Assembly: GCA_029210775.1 (NCBI GenBank)
Contig: JARGGI010000002.1
Location: 76,478 to 140,477, forward strand
Direction of reading: 5' to 3'
From: Patescibacteria group bacterium
Lineage (GTDB): Bacteria > Patescibacteriota > Minisyncoccia > JAHIHE01 > JAGLIN01
DNA: 64,000 nucleotides
The notes under the pieces are model-generated. The model was not told the origin of the DNA. It saw only the letters and a program-made list of their open reading frames with translations, and made no database searches. The translations under genes and the position numbers were made by a program. The first letter of the stretch is position 1. The number at the start of each line of letters is the position of its first letter. This document shows, one piece after another, positions 48,514 through 59,263 of the stretch.

Positions 48514-50826
48514 TTATTCAGATTCCTCATCTTCAAATTCTTCATACTCATCTTCTTCCACCGTAACATAAACTTCTCTAGGCTTTGCTCCATTTGTAGG
48601 ACCAATAATCCCTTTATCTTCCATCAAATCAAGTAATCGAGCAGCGCGTGCATACCCAATACTAAGTCTTCGTTGAAGAAGCGAAGCAGAAGCCTTTTCT
48701 GCCTTTTTTACAAGTTCAACCGCTTCATCAAATTTATCATCATCAACATCACTTGAATCAGATGATGAATCAAATAGAGTTTTTCTGGTTTCTGTTATTT
48801 CTTCGTTATATTCTACTTCTTCTTCCTTTTGACCTTTCAAAAATTCTACCACTTCTTTCACTTCTTCTTCGGAAATAAAAACTCCTTGAATTCTTTTTGG
48901 TTTATTTGAATCACTAGATAGATAAAGCATATCTCCGCTTCCAAGAAGTTTTTCTGCCCCAGACATATCAAGGATTGTTCTTGAATCGATCTGACTTGCA
49001 ACTTGAAAGGCAATTCTATTAGTTATGTTTGCTTTGATAAGTCCTGTTATAACTTCAACTGATGGCCTCTGAGTTGAAAGAACTAAATGAATTCCTACAG
49101 CCCTTGCCATCTGAGACAGTCTTACAATTGCAGCCTCAACTTCCCTGCCATGCGTCGCCATAAGATCAGCTAATTCATCAATAACAACTACAATATAGGG
49201 CAATAGGTCTCTCTGCTTATATTTTGTTCTTACGGCATTATTATAAGATTCAATATTTCTACAACCAAGATCGCTCAAAGTTTCATATCTTTTTTCCATT
49301 TCGGTAGTTGCCCATTTTAAAGAATTAACCGCTTTTTCAGGATCAGTAATAACTGGAGTTAGAAGATGAGGTATTTCATTATAAGGAGTAAGTTCAACTC
49401 TTTTTGGATCCACCATAATAAATTTAAGCATTTCAGGAGAATTTTGAAAAAGAAGACCTACTATTAAAGTATTTATGCAAACTGTTTTTCCACTTCCCGT
49501 TGAACCAGCAATCATAAGATGGGGCATTTTATCAAGATTAGCCAGAATCGCATTCCCTGCAACATCTCTACCCAAAACAATACTTAAATCCGATTTTTTA
49601 GTTTTAAACTCAGAAGAATTTATTATATTTTTTAACCTTACCATAGCAACAGATTGATTTGGAAGTTCCATGCCAATCCATGATCTTCCAGGAATTGGTG
49701 CTTCCATTCTCAATGATCTTGCCGCTAAAGCAAGTGCTAAATCATTTTGAAGTGAAGTTATCCTACTTAACTTAATTCCTTCTGCCGGTTTTAGAGTGTA
49801 TTGAGTAACAGTTGGACCAACATTTACCTCTCCCATCGTCACCTCAATACCGAAATTTAAAAGTGTTCTTTTTATAATATTTGAATTAGCTTTAATATCT
49901 CCACTTGTTGGCTCGCTGTCTTTTCCTTCCAATAAACCAAGGGGTGGAATTTCCCAATTTTTTATTGTTTTTATAGGTTTATTCAAATCATTCTCAAAAT
50001 TATTTTCTTCATCACTTATATTATCATCTTCAATGTCTTTATTTTTATCATATTCCTCATTGTCCATATCATCCTCATCCCCAATTGACTTAACAGAAAA
50101 TTCAGGCTTTTTCCTATTCTTCTTAATTCGATTTGTAAGAGAAAAAAGCATTCCTTTCTTTTTTTCTTTCTCTTCTTTTTCTTCTTCTTTTCTTACTGAC
50201 ATATTAATTTTAATGTCTTCTTCATCTTCTTCTTTATTATATTCCTTATTATCATCCTCTTTCTGAACTAAATCTTCCTTATTTTTTGTAATCCTTATTT
50301 TACCTAATAAATCCACAAAAGAAACATTGAGTGTTAAAAGCAAAGAAATTAAAAAAAGCGCAAAAATAATAACTAGCGCTCCCCACTTTCCAATTAGACT
50401 CACCAATAACCAAGCAATAGTTGCTCCGATAATTCCACCATTGCCACCAGCTTTTGCAATTTCAAACATATTTTCAGGAATAATAAAAATATGCATAAAA
50501 GAAAGCACAGAAAAAATCATAATTACCATTCCTAAAAAAGAAGTTCTACTTTCAACAATATCTTCAGATTTAATCGTTTTTAATCCCCACAAAACTAAAG
50601 CAAATGGGACTAAAAGAAAACCCCATCCAAATAATAATTTTACAATTTTGCTTAAATTTATTCCAAAACCACCTGCTAAATTCATAAAACTTAATATGCT
50701 TATCAAAGCTAAAACAAAAAGAAATATGCCGAGTACATCTTTTTTTATCTCAGCACTTATTTCAATTTCTGGAAATGTAAATTTTGAACCGTCATATCCT
50801 CTTTTTTTTCTTCTTTTTCTCGTCAT
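48514..50826 (-). CDS. ftsK: DNA translocase FtsK/SpoIIIE
   Basis: 770 aa. N-terminal TM helices, acidic low-complexity linker, Walker A GSTGSGKTVCINT, C-terminal gamma domain LLQRRLSIGYARAARLLDLMEDKGIIGP. Confidence 0.9.
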   Translation of the reverse strand: MTRKRRKKRGYDGSKFTFPEIEISAEIKKDVLGIFLFVLALISILSFMNLAGGFGINLSKIVKLLFGWGFLLVPFALVLWGLKTIKSEDIVESRTSFLGMVIMIFSVLSFMHIFIIPENMFEIAKAGGNGGIIGATIAWLLVSLIGKWGALVIIFALFLISLLLTLNVSFVDLLGKIRITKNKEDLVQKEDDNKEYNKEEDEEDIKINMSVRKEEEKEEKEKKKGMLFSLTNRIKKNRKKPEFSVKSIGDEDDMDNEEYDKNKDIEDDNISDEENNFENDLNKPIKTIKNWEIPPLGLLEGKDSEPTSGDIKANSNIIKRTLLNFGIEVTMGEVNVGPTVTQYTLKPAEGIKLSRITSLQNDLALALAARSLRMEAPIPGRSWIGMELPNQSVAMVRLKNIINSSEFKTKKSDLSIVLGRDVAGNAILANLDKMPHLMIAGSTGSGKTVCINTLIVGLLFQNSPEMLKFIMVDPKRVELTPYNEIPHLLTPVITDPEKAVNSLKWATTEMEKRYETLSDLGCRNIESYNNAVRTKYKQRDLLPYIVVVIDELADLMATHGREVEAAIVRLSQMARAVGIHLVLSTQRPSVEVITGLIKANITNRIAFQVASQIDSRTILDMSGAEKLLGSGDMLYLSSDSNKPKRIQGVFISEEEVKEVVEFLKGQKEEEVEYNEEITETRKTLFDSSSDSSDVDDDKFDEAVELVKKAEKASASLLQRRLSIGYARAARLLDLMEDKGIIGPTNGAKPREVYVTVEEDEYEEFEDEESE

Positions 50827-50859
50827 ATATTAGTTTCTCTTAACTTATTTACTATATCA

Positions 50860-51147
50860 TTATAGCTTAAAAAAGCTTCTGAGGCAAAAAAATGTATTAG
50901 TCCAACACATTCTGGACAATAAATTATTATTTATCATATAGTCTATGGGGGATGTTAAATTTAAACTCCAGTGGTATCTTTTCGTATTATACCATATTAA
51001 CCTGTTCACCAGTTTATGATTGAATTCGTTTGTATCTTGCAGTAATGATTTATTTAAATCAACATTTTTTTCTTGAGTGGTTTGGCTGTATTTTTCAATA
51101 TGTTCGTTTCTGTATAGCCGTCTATCGTAATTCCAATAGTGAGTCAC
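50860..51147 (-). pseudogene. remnant of an IS3/IS481-type transposase (C-terminal part of DDE integrase core only)
   Basis: LVNRLIWYNTKRYHWSLNLTSPIDYM matches the conserved YNxxRxHxSLxxxTPxE end of rve-type integrase cores. There is no upstream catalytic region. The N-terminal part of the ORF overlaps MITE sequence. Confidence 0.5.
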
Positions 51148-51285
51148 CTTTTTTCTTTTACTTTGAATTACGAAACGATATATTATTACTTTACGAATTT
51201 AATTTCGGGATTGCCATGCTTCGCTCGCAATGACAGGGAAAAAACATTGTCGTTGCGAGAATGAACGACGAAGCAATCTCGAGTC
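51125..51285. repeat. composite repeat: family-B fragment (gaattacgaaac...) + family-A inverted pair
   Basis: gggattgccatgcttcgctcgcaatgacaggg (51207-51238) and its inverted partner ttgtcgttgcgagaatgaacgacgaagcaatctc (51247-51280). Preceded by a degenerate family-B end. Confidence 0.55.
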
Positions 51286-51417
51286 TAAAAATTAGGCTTA
51301 ATAGTAAATATATGTAAAATTAATCAATTTTATAAATGCAATTAATATCTCGAAAGACATAAAATAAATGACCCGATAATGGGCCATCTATTATATTTAA
51401 ATTTTTATAATCTCATT

Positions 51418-54400
51418 TCACTCTTTTCGATCAATATTTCTGAAATATCCCGTTCCGGAAGGAATCAATCTTCCAATAATAACATTTTCTTTTAATCCTC
51501 TGAGTTTGTCTTCTTTTCCAGTAGTTGCTGCTCCTATAAGAACTCGGGCAGTTTCTTGGAATGAAGCAGATGACAAAAAGCTTTCTGTAGTAAGAGATGC
51601 TTTCGTAATTCCTAATAGCAATTGTTCGGCAGTTGCTGAATCTTTAATAGTATCAGTTATTTCTTTATTTTCTTTGTTTTCATTTTCAATAATTTCATTA
51701 GCCTCAAGGAGTTGAGCTTTTTCAACAATATCACCTATCAAGAGGTTCGTATTTCCAGGATTTTTAATTTTTACCCTTGAAAGCATTTGCCTAATTATAA
51801 TTTCAATATGCTTATCATCTATTCCTTCTCCTTGAGAAGTATAAACTTGCTGCACTTCTTTTGTGATATATTTTTGAATTTCTTCAATGCCTTTCAAATT
51901 AAACAGCTCGTGAATATCAACATGTCCTTCTACTATCTGTTGTCCGGCAAGTATAAGTTCATCTTTCTTGACTAAAATTGAAGTATCCTTGTCAATTACA
52001 TAACTTTTAACATCTTCCACCTTTTCGTTTTCAGCAATCTCTTCTGCTGTCGGCTTGAATTTAATATGAATAATTCTTGAATCTTGTGTTTCTTCAATCT
52101 CTTGAACTTTTCCATCAACCTCCGAAATTAATGCCTTGCCTTTTGGAAGCCTTGCTTCAAATATTTCTTCAACACGAGGAAGACCTTGAGTAATATCTTT
52201 TCCAGCAACACCTCCGCTATGGAATGTTCTCATAGTAAGCTGAGTTCCTGGCTCTCCAATAGCTTGTGCTGTAACAATTCCTACAGCCTGACCAATTTCC
52301 ACCAATTTATTTTTTCCAAGATCATATCCATAACATTTCTGACACACTCCTCTTTTGGCCTTGCATTTTATAATACTTCTAATCCAAATTCTCTCTATTC
52401 CTTCTTTTTCAATCTTTTCTGCATCAATTTTACTTATCTGCTGTCCAGCTTTTACAATAACATTTTTACTCTTAGAGCTCTTTATATCTTTAAGAGCTGT
52501 TCTTCCTCTCAATCTCATCGATACAGTTCTACCAATATCTAAATGTTCACTTGCAATAACCTCTGTTCCTTCTGTATCATGACAATCTATCTCATGAATA
52601 ATTACATCTTGAGCAACATCAACAAGTCTTCTAGTTAAATAGCCTGCTGTCGAAGTTCTAAGAGCAGTATCTGCCATTCCTTTTCTTGTTCCATGAGTAG
52701 AAATGAAATATTCCAATACATTAAAACCTTCTTTAAAACTACTCTTAATTGGAAGTTCAATTGTTTCTCCAGATGGATTTACAACCAAACCCTTCATACC
52801 ACCCATCTGAGTTATAACAGCCCAATTACTTCTTGCTCCTGAGTTAATCATATATGCTACTGGACTTTCTTCTCCAATGGTCTTAGGAATTTCCTGAGAA
52901 ATTTTGTCTTTAATTTCGTTCCAAACTTCAATTGATTTTATTCTTCTTTCATTCTCTGTAAGCAATCCTTCATCATATTGTTCTCTGATTTCATCAATTT
53001 TTTTATCCCCTTCTTTAAAAAGTTTTTTCTTTATATTCGGAATTTTTACATCATCCATTCCCCAGCTTAATCCAGATTTAGTTGCATATTTAAATCCAAG
53101 AGATTTTATGCTATCAATCAATAATACCGTTTTTTCTTCTCCAATTTTTTCCAACGAATTTGCAATAAGAGTTTTCAGAGCACTTGAATCCATAACCTCG
53201 TTCATAAACATAAGTTCTTCTGGCAAAGACTGATTGAAAATTATACGTCCTACGGAAGTTTTAATAAGAGACTCCTTTTTATTGTTTGAATTTTTTCTTG
53301 AAGAATTTTTCCATGAATTATTTTTCAGTTTGATTTCTGACCGAAGATTGATTAAACCAAGCTCATAAGAAACTACTGCTTCTTCAAAAGAATTAAAAGC
53401 TTTTCCCTCGCCCTTTTCACCAGGCAAAATCTTTGTCATATAATAGCAACCCAAAACTATATCCTGAGAAGGAACCACAATCGGTTCTCCCGTTGCTGGC
53501 TTTAGCAAGTTTTTTGAAGAAAGCATAATTTCTTGTGACTCTCGCTGTGCTTCTTTTGTAAGAGGAAGATGAACTGCCATTTGATCTCCATCAAAATCCG
53601 CATTAAAAGCCTTACAAACCATAGGATGAATTTGAATTGCTTTTCCTTCAATCAATACTGGATAGAAGGCTTGAATACCAAGACGATGTAAAGTAGGAGC
53701 ACGATTTAAAAGCACCGCCTTGTTTTGAATCACTTCTTCTAAAATATCCCATACTTCTGTAATTCCTTGCTCAATTAATTTGTTCGCACTTCTCACATTA
53801 TACGCAAAATCTCTTTCAATAAGCTCCTTCATTACGAAAGGCTTAAAAAGCTCCAAGGCCATTTTCTTTGGAAGTCCACATTGACTGAGTTTCAATGTCG
53901 GTCCAATTATAATTACTGAACGAGCAGAATAATCAACACGCTTTCCTAAAAGATTTTGTCTAAATCTCCCCTGTTTTCCTTTAAGCATGTCTGCAAGAGA
54001 TCTTAATTGTCTTCTTTTTCCAGTGGCTGCCATTGTTGCCTGCCCTCTTCTGGCAGAATTATCAATTAAGGCGTCAACTGCTTCTTGAAGCATTCTTTTT
54101 TCGTTTCTTGAGATAACTTCAGGCGCTCCAAGCTCTATAAGTTTCTTTAGACGATTATTTCTATTTATAACTCTTCTATACAAATCATTTAAATCAGAAG
54201 TTGCAAACCTCCCACCATCCAACTGAACCATTGGTCTAAGATCTGGTGGAATAACTGGAATAACAGTTAAACACATCCAATCAGGTTTTATATTCGCTTT
54301 CACAAAACCCTGAACAAGACGCAATCTTTTCATCATTTTTTTTCTTTGAGCAGATGTTTTTGGAAGTTGATTTATTTCTTTTTCAAGTCTTTGAGCTAAT

Positions 54401-55101
54401 TTTTTCAAATCGATATTTTGCAAAACTTGTTTAATTGCCTGAGTTCCAATATCCGCCTTAAAAACTGAAGCATATTTCAAAGAAAGATTTCTATATTCAA
54501 TTTCAGAAATAACCTTAAGTCTTTTGATACTTTTTAATTCTTCCTTTGCCTTGTCTCTTGCCTCTTTAATTTCATTAATTTGAGGAATAGTTAGCTTTTC
54601 TTTTCCACTTTTTACTTTTGATTTATATTCAGCTTCAATTTGATCAAAAATCACTTTTCTTTCTTCTTCGTTAACATCTATTATCAAATAACTTGCAAAA
54701 TAAATAACTCTCTCCAGCTCCTGAATAGACATATTAAGTATTAATCCAACGCTTGAAGGGACGCCTCTTAAAAACCAAACATGAGATATTGGTACGGCCA
54801 ATTTTATGTGTCCCATTCTATCTCTTCTTACTATAGATTTTGTAACCTCTACACCACACTTGTCACAAACAATTCCTTTATATCTTATCCTTTTATATTT
54901 TCCACAATAACATTCCCAATCTTTTGTTGGCCCAAATATTTTTTCACAAAATAGCCCATCTTTTTCAGGTCTTTGCGTTCTATAATTTATTGTTTCTGGT
55001 TTCAAAACTTCCCCAAATGACCAATCCAAAATATTTTCAGGGCTAGCAATAGTGAGTTTTACGGCTTCAAAATCTTCAACTTTTGTACCTATATTTGACA
55101 T
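51418..55101 (-). CDS. rpoC: DNA-directed RNA polymerase subunit beta'
   Basis: 1227 aa. Zn-binding CYCGKYKRIRYKGIVCDKCG, NADFDGDQM catalytic motif. Confidence 0.97.
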   Translation of the reverse strand: MSNIGTKVEDFEAVKLTIASPENILDWSFGEVLKPETINYRTQRPEKDGLFCEKIFGPTKDWECYCGKYKRIRYKGIVCDKCGVEVTKSIVRRDRMGHIKLAVPISHVWFLRGVPSSVGLILNMSIQELERVIYFASYLIIDVNEEERKVIFDQIEAEYKSKVKSGKEKLTIPQINEIKEARDKAKEELKSIKRLKVISEIEYRNLSLKYASVFKADIGTQAIKQVLQNIDLKKLAQRLEKEINQLPKTSAQRKKMMKRLRLVQGFVKANIKPDWMCLTVIPVIPPDLRPMVQLDGGRFATSDLNDLYRRVINRNNRLKKLIELGAPEVISRNEKRMLQEAVDALIDNSARRGQATMAATGKRRQLRSLADMLKGKQGRFRQNLLGKRVDYSARSVIIIGPTLKLSQCGLPKKMALELFKPFVMKELIERDFAYNVRSANKLIEQGITEVWDILEEVIQNKAVLLNRAPTLHRLGIQAFYPVLIEGKAIQIHPMVCKAFNADFDGDQMAVHLPLTKEAQRESQEIMLSSKNLLKPATGEPIVVPSQDIVLGCYYMTKILPGEKGEGKAFNSFEEAVVSYELGLINLRSEIKLKNNSWKNSSRKNSNNKKESLIKTSVGRIIFNQSLPEELMFMNEVMDSSALKTLIANSLEKIGEEKTVLLIDSIKSLGFKYATKSGLSWGMDDVKIPNIKKKLFKEGDKKIDEIREQYDEGLLTENERRIKSIEVWNEIKDKISQEIPKTIGEESPVAYMINSGARSNWAVITQMGGMKGLVVNPSGETIELPIKSSFKEGFNVLEYFISTHGTRKGMADTALRTSTAGYLTRRLVDVAQDVIIHEIDCHDTEGTEVIASEHLDIGRTVSMRLRGRTALKDIKSSKSKNVIVKAGQQISKIDAEKIEKEGIERIWIRSIIKCKAKRGVCQKCYGYDLGKNKLVEIGQAVGIVTAQAIGEPGTQLTMRTFHSGGVAGKDITQGLPRVEEIFEARLPKGKALISEVDGKVQEIEETQDSRIIHIKFKPTAEEIAENEKVEDVKSYVIDKDTSILVKKDELILAGQQIVEGHVDIHELFNLKGIEEIQKYITKEVQQVYTSQGEGIDDKHIEIIIRQMLSRVKIKNPGNTNLLIGDIVEKAQLLEANEIIENENKENKEITDTIKDSATAEQLLLGITKASLTTESFLSSASFQETARVLIGAATTGKEDKLRGLKENVIIGRLIPSGTGYFRNIDRKE

Positions 55102-55157
55102 ATATTTAGAACTTAATGTTTATAACAAATGAAAAAATTTATCTTGGTTTTTTATTT

Positions 55158-58100
55158 TTACTCTATCGCCGTTTTTTCTTCTTTTTCTTGTTTATTTTCT
55201 CTATCTTCATCATTCTCATTTTCTTCTTTTTCTTCTTTTTGCTTTGCCCCAACAAGTTCTACATTCAAACTAAGAGCCTTTAATTCATTAACTAAAACAT
55301 GAAATGAAGCAGGTATATGAGGGCTTTTTATAGATTCACCTTTAATAATTGATTCATATGCTTTTGATCTTCCTAATACATCATCTGATTTGATGGTCAA
55401 CACTTCTTGCAAAGTATTTGCAGCTCCATGCCCCTCAAGCGCCCAAACTTCCATCTCTCCAAATCTCTGACCTCCAAATTGAGCTTTTCCTCCGAGTGGT
55501 TGCTGTGTTATCAGAGAGTAAGGACCAATTGAACGCATATGAATCTTGTCTTCAACAAGATGATTTAATTTCAATATATATGTAATTCCAACAGTTGATT
55601 TATTATCAAATTTTTTACCAGTTTTTCCATCAAAAAGTTGAACCTTACCATCTTCAGGAAGTCCAGCTTTTTTTAGTTCTTCTTTTATCTGCTGTTCTGT
55701 AACACCAGCAAGTGACTGACAAGCAACTTTATATCCTAATTTACTTGCCGCCCAACCAAGATGAGTTTCAAGAATTTGCCCTATATTCATACGAGATGCA
55801 ACTCCAAGAGGATTCAAAATTATATCAACTGTAGATCCATCCTCAAGATATGGCATATCTTCCATTGGAAGAATTGTCGAAATAACACCTTTATTTCCAT
55901 GTCTTCCAGCTAATTTATCTCCTACTTGAATTTTTCGAAGTTGTGCAACACTCACTTGAATTTTCTTTATCACTCCACTGGAAAGTTTATCTCCTTGCTC
56001 TCTTGAAAAAATCTTAACATCTACAACCTTTCCCTGTTCCCCATGTTGCAAATATAAAGAAGTGTCTTTCACATCTCTTGCTTTTTCACCAAAAATAGAC
56101 CGCAATAATCTTTCTTCTGCAGTTAAATCACTCTCTCCTTTTGGAGTAATTTTTCCAACCAAAATGTCACCAGATCTTACTTCTGCTCCAATTCTAATAA
56201 TTCCATCTTCATCTAAATCTTTGAGTTTTTCTTCTCCAACATTAGGAATGTCTCTAGTTATAACTTCTGGACCAAGCTTTGTGTCACGAACATCAATTGA
56301 AAAATCCTCAATATGAATTGAACTAAACCTATCATCTTCAACAACCCTTTGAGAAAGTATTATAGCATCTTCAAAATTACATCCTCCCCAAGACATAAAA
56401 GCTACTTTTAAATTTTGACCAAGGGCAATTTCTCCATTTTCAGTTCCAGAGCCATCAGCAAGAAGGTCTCCTTTCTTTATTTTTTGTCCCTTTCTAACTC
56501 TTGGGTATTGAGTCATACATGTTGCTGCATTTGATCTGACAAAATTATATAAATCATAATTTTCAACTTTGGAGTCAGAATTTTTAATTTTTATATGAGA
56601 TCCATCAACTTCAATTACTTCTCCATCTTTTTGTGCAAGCACAACATGACCAGAATCAATTGCAGTTCTTTTTTCAAGTCCAGTTCCAATTATAGGAGAC
56701 TGAGATGAAATACAAGTAACTGCTTGTCGTTGCATGTTCGAACCCATCAAAGCTCTATGCGCATCGTCATGTTCAAGAAAAGGAATCAGAGATGTTGCAA
56801 CACTAATAGCTTGATTTGAAGAAATATCCATAAAATTAACCTTCTCCGCTTCAGTAATTCCAGGATTTCCCTTAATTCTTGCTTGAATTTCTTTTTGCAC
56901 AAACTTCTTGCTATTATCATCATATGGAACACTAGCATGAGCAATAATAGATTCTTCTTCTTGTGTAGCGTCTAAATATATTATTTCATCTGTTACTTTT
57001 CCATTTTTAACTTTTATGTACGGTGTTTCCAAAAATCCATAATCATTAATTTTTCCATAAAGAGCAAGATGACCAACCAAACCGATATTCGGTCCTTCTG
57101 GAGTTTGAATTGGACAAACTCTTCCATAATGACTACGGTGCACATCACGAACTTCAAATCCAGCCCTTTCCCTTGTAAGTCCGCCAGGACCCATTGCAGA
57201 AAGTCGTCTTTTATGTTCAAGTTCAGCGAGTGGATTTACTTGATCCATAAATTGACATAATTGAGAAGACATAAAAAATTCTCTAATCACTGCAATAAGA
57301 GGTCTAGTATTTATAAGCTGAGAAGGCGTGACAGTGTTTATATCAAGAGTACTCATTCTGTCTTTTATATTTCTTTCAACTCTCATAAAGCCAAGTCTAA
57401 ATCTTTCCTGAACAAGTTCTCCAACTGTTCTAACTCTTCTATTTCCAAGATGATCAATATCATCTCCCTTAGCATTTAAAGTATTGTTAAGTCTTATTAT
57501 TTCCTTAATTGTTAAAACCAAATCACTTAATTGAAATACTCTATTTAAAACAGTATCTTCCAAATTAGCATCAAGTCTTTGGTTTATCTTATGTCTTCCA
57601 ACTTTTCCAAGATCATATCTGTCAAATTTAAAAAACATTCCTTCAATTAGTTGCCTAGCATTATCAGCAGTTGCAAGATCTCCTGGCCTTATTCTTTTAT
57701 AAACTTCAATAAATCCTTCGCCTTGTGTTTTTGCAACATCTTTTTTTATAGTTTCTTTTATAAATTTTATATTTCCAGTATCACTGTCTGAAAAAAGCTC
57801 TAATATTTTTTCATCTGATCCAAGTCCGAAAGCTCTCAAAAGAGAAGTAACGGCTACTTTTCGCTTTTTATCTATTTTAACAAAAATAGCACCGCTTGCT
57901 TCTGTTTCAACTTCAAGCCATGCTCCTCTGGTTGGAATTAATTTTGCTCCAAAATATCTTTTATCTTCTTTTTCAGAAGAAACACTAAAAAATATTCCAG
58001 GAGATTTAATAAGTTGACTTACAACAACTCTCTCAACACCATTAATAATAAAAGTTCCACGATCTGTCATCAAGGGGAACTCTCCAAAATAAATTTCTTG

Positions 58101-58430
58101 CTCTTTTTTAATTTTATCTTTTTCACTTGCAAGTTTCACTTTACATCGAAGTGGCGCCTCAAAAGATAAATTTTTCTTTTTTGAAGTTTCCTCATTATAT
58201 TTTGGAGTATCAAGATAATAATCAATAAAATCAAGACTTATGTCTTTATTAAAACTAATAATAGGAGAAACCTCTTCCAACAACTCTTTCAAGCCCTTTT
58301 CGATAAACCATTTATAAGATGTAATTTGAGCTTCTATGAGATAGGGCGGAGCCATTGGTTCTCCCGTCTCATGAAAATATTTTCTGCTTGTTTTTAGATT
58401 TGTCTTTTCTTTTGTTGTTGGCATAGACAT
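55158..58430 (-). CDS. rpoB: DNA-directed RNA polymerase subunit beta
   Basis: 1090 aa. Conserved rif-region and C-terminal motifs (GGQRFGEMEVWALEG). Directly upstream of rpoC. Confidence 0.97.
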   Translation of the reverse strand: MSMPTTKEKTNLKTSRKYFHETGEPMAPPYLIEAQITSYKWFIEKGLKELLEEVSPIISFNKDISLDFIDYYLDTPKYNEETSKKKNLSFEAPLRCKVKLASEKDKIKKEQEIYFGEFPLMTDRGTFIINGVERVVVSQLIKSPGIFFSVSSEKEDKRYFGAKLIPTRGAWLEVETEASGAIFVKIDKKRKVAVTSLLRAFGLGSDEKILELFSDSDTGNIKFIKETIKKDVAKTQGEGFIEVYKRIRPGDLATADNARQLIEGMFFKFDRYDLGKVGRHKINQRLDANLEDTVLNRVFQLSDLVLTIKEIIRLNNTLNAKGDDIDHLGNRRVRTVGELVQERFRLGFMRVERNIKDRMSTLDINTVTPSQLINTRPLIAVIREFFMSSQLCQFMDQVNPLAELEHKRRLSAMGPGGLTRERAGFEVRDVHRSHYGRVCPIQTPEGPNIGLVGHLALYGKINDYGFLETPYIKVKNGKVTDEIIYLDATQEEESIIAHASVPYDDNSKKFVQKEIQARIKGNPGITEAEKVNFMDISSNQAISVATSLIPFLEHDDAHRALMGSNMQRQAVTCISSQSPIIGTGLEKRTAIDSGHVVLAQKDGEVIEVDGSHIKIKNSDSKVENYDLYNFVRSNAATCMTQYPRVRKGQKIKKGDLLADGSGTENGEIALGQNLKVAFMSWGGCNFEDAIILSQRVVEDDRFSSIHIEDFSIDVRDTKLGPEVITRDIPNVGEEKLKDLDEDGIIRIGAEVRSGDILVGKITPKGESDLTAEERLLRSIFGEKARDVKDTSLYLQHGEQGKVVDVKIFSREQGDKLSSGVIKKIQVSVAQLRKIQVGDKLAGRHGNKGVISTILPMEDMPYLEDGSTVDIILNPLGVASRMNIGQILETHLGWAASKLGYKVACQSLAGVTEQQIKEELKKAGLPEDGKVQLFDGKTGKKFDNKSTVGITYILKLNHLVEDKIHMRSIGPYSLITQQPLGGKAQFGGQRFGEMEVWALEGHGAANTLQEVLTIKSDDVLGRSKAYESIIKGESIKSPHIPASFHVLVNELKALSLNVELVGAKQKEEKEENENDEDRENKQEKEEKTAIE

Positions 58431-58980
58431 ATATTAAAAAAATAAACTTGTTAATAAATTATATAAAAAATTAAATAAAAAATTGAAATTTAATTTCAAA
58501 GACACAAAAACAAGCCTAAACAGCAAACACTGCAGGCATAAAATACATCCTTTCTTATTTGATGATTGTTTGAATCATAAATTGAATTGTTGACTTGAAT
58601 ACCAAGTAATTTTTATTATATACAATATAAAAATATTGTCAAGGAAAATGTGGCTCTACACTAATAACTGTGGTGGATAACTAAAGAAGTGGTAGAATTA
58701 TATTGATAAATTAACAATTCACACCGCTCCTATCAAAAATGATATTATAAAACTGTTTTTAGATGTCAATCCTGGGTGACGACAGTAAGAGTCAAGAGAT
58801 CCCTCTTAATCATGTTAAATCTTATCAAATATCAATTCCCAGATAAGAGCGATTTAACAAGGATGCTTTGTATCTTGTAGGATGTCTGTTTGGCTTTACG
58901 CATTTGCGTATAAAGATGCCCCACAAGATGCAGGGCATTCTCAAAACAACTTTAGACTATAAAAAAACAACCTTGCCTTG

Positions 58981-59092
58981 AATTATGAAATAGCTAAATT
59001 TGTTATAGTGAGCTTGTCGAACTATGATAAATTTGATGCATTTTCTACCCTTCGACAAGCTCAGGGTGACAAATATATTGAATTTCGTAATT
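58981..59092. mobile_element. MITE-like element, family B copy 2 (112 bp; TIRs AATTATGAAAT/ATTTCGTAATT)
   Basis: Collinear with 46457-46587 but lacks its 20-bp insert. Immediately followed by another palindromic unit cttgtcatatttcgtttcgctacgaccggaatgacag (59101-59137). Confidence 0.7.
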
Positions 59093-59263
59093 CAAAGAAC
59101 CTTGTCATATTTCGTTTCGCTACGACCGGAATGACAGTTATAAATTATTATTTTCTTTAATATAAAACTACATAACTAAAGTCATGTTAGCTTTTGCTCC
59201 ACTTCTATACTTCAACCACCACACATTTTGACAAAGAGCTGTAATTTAAACAAGACAAGCAAT

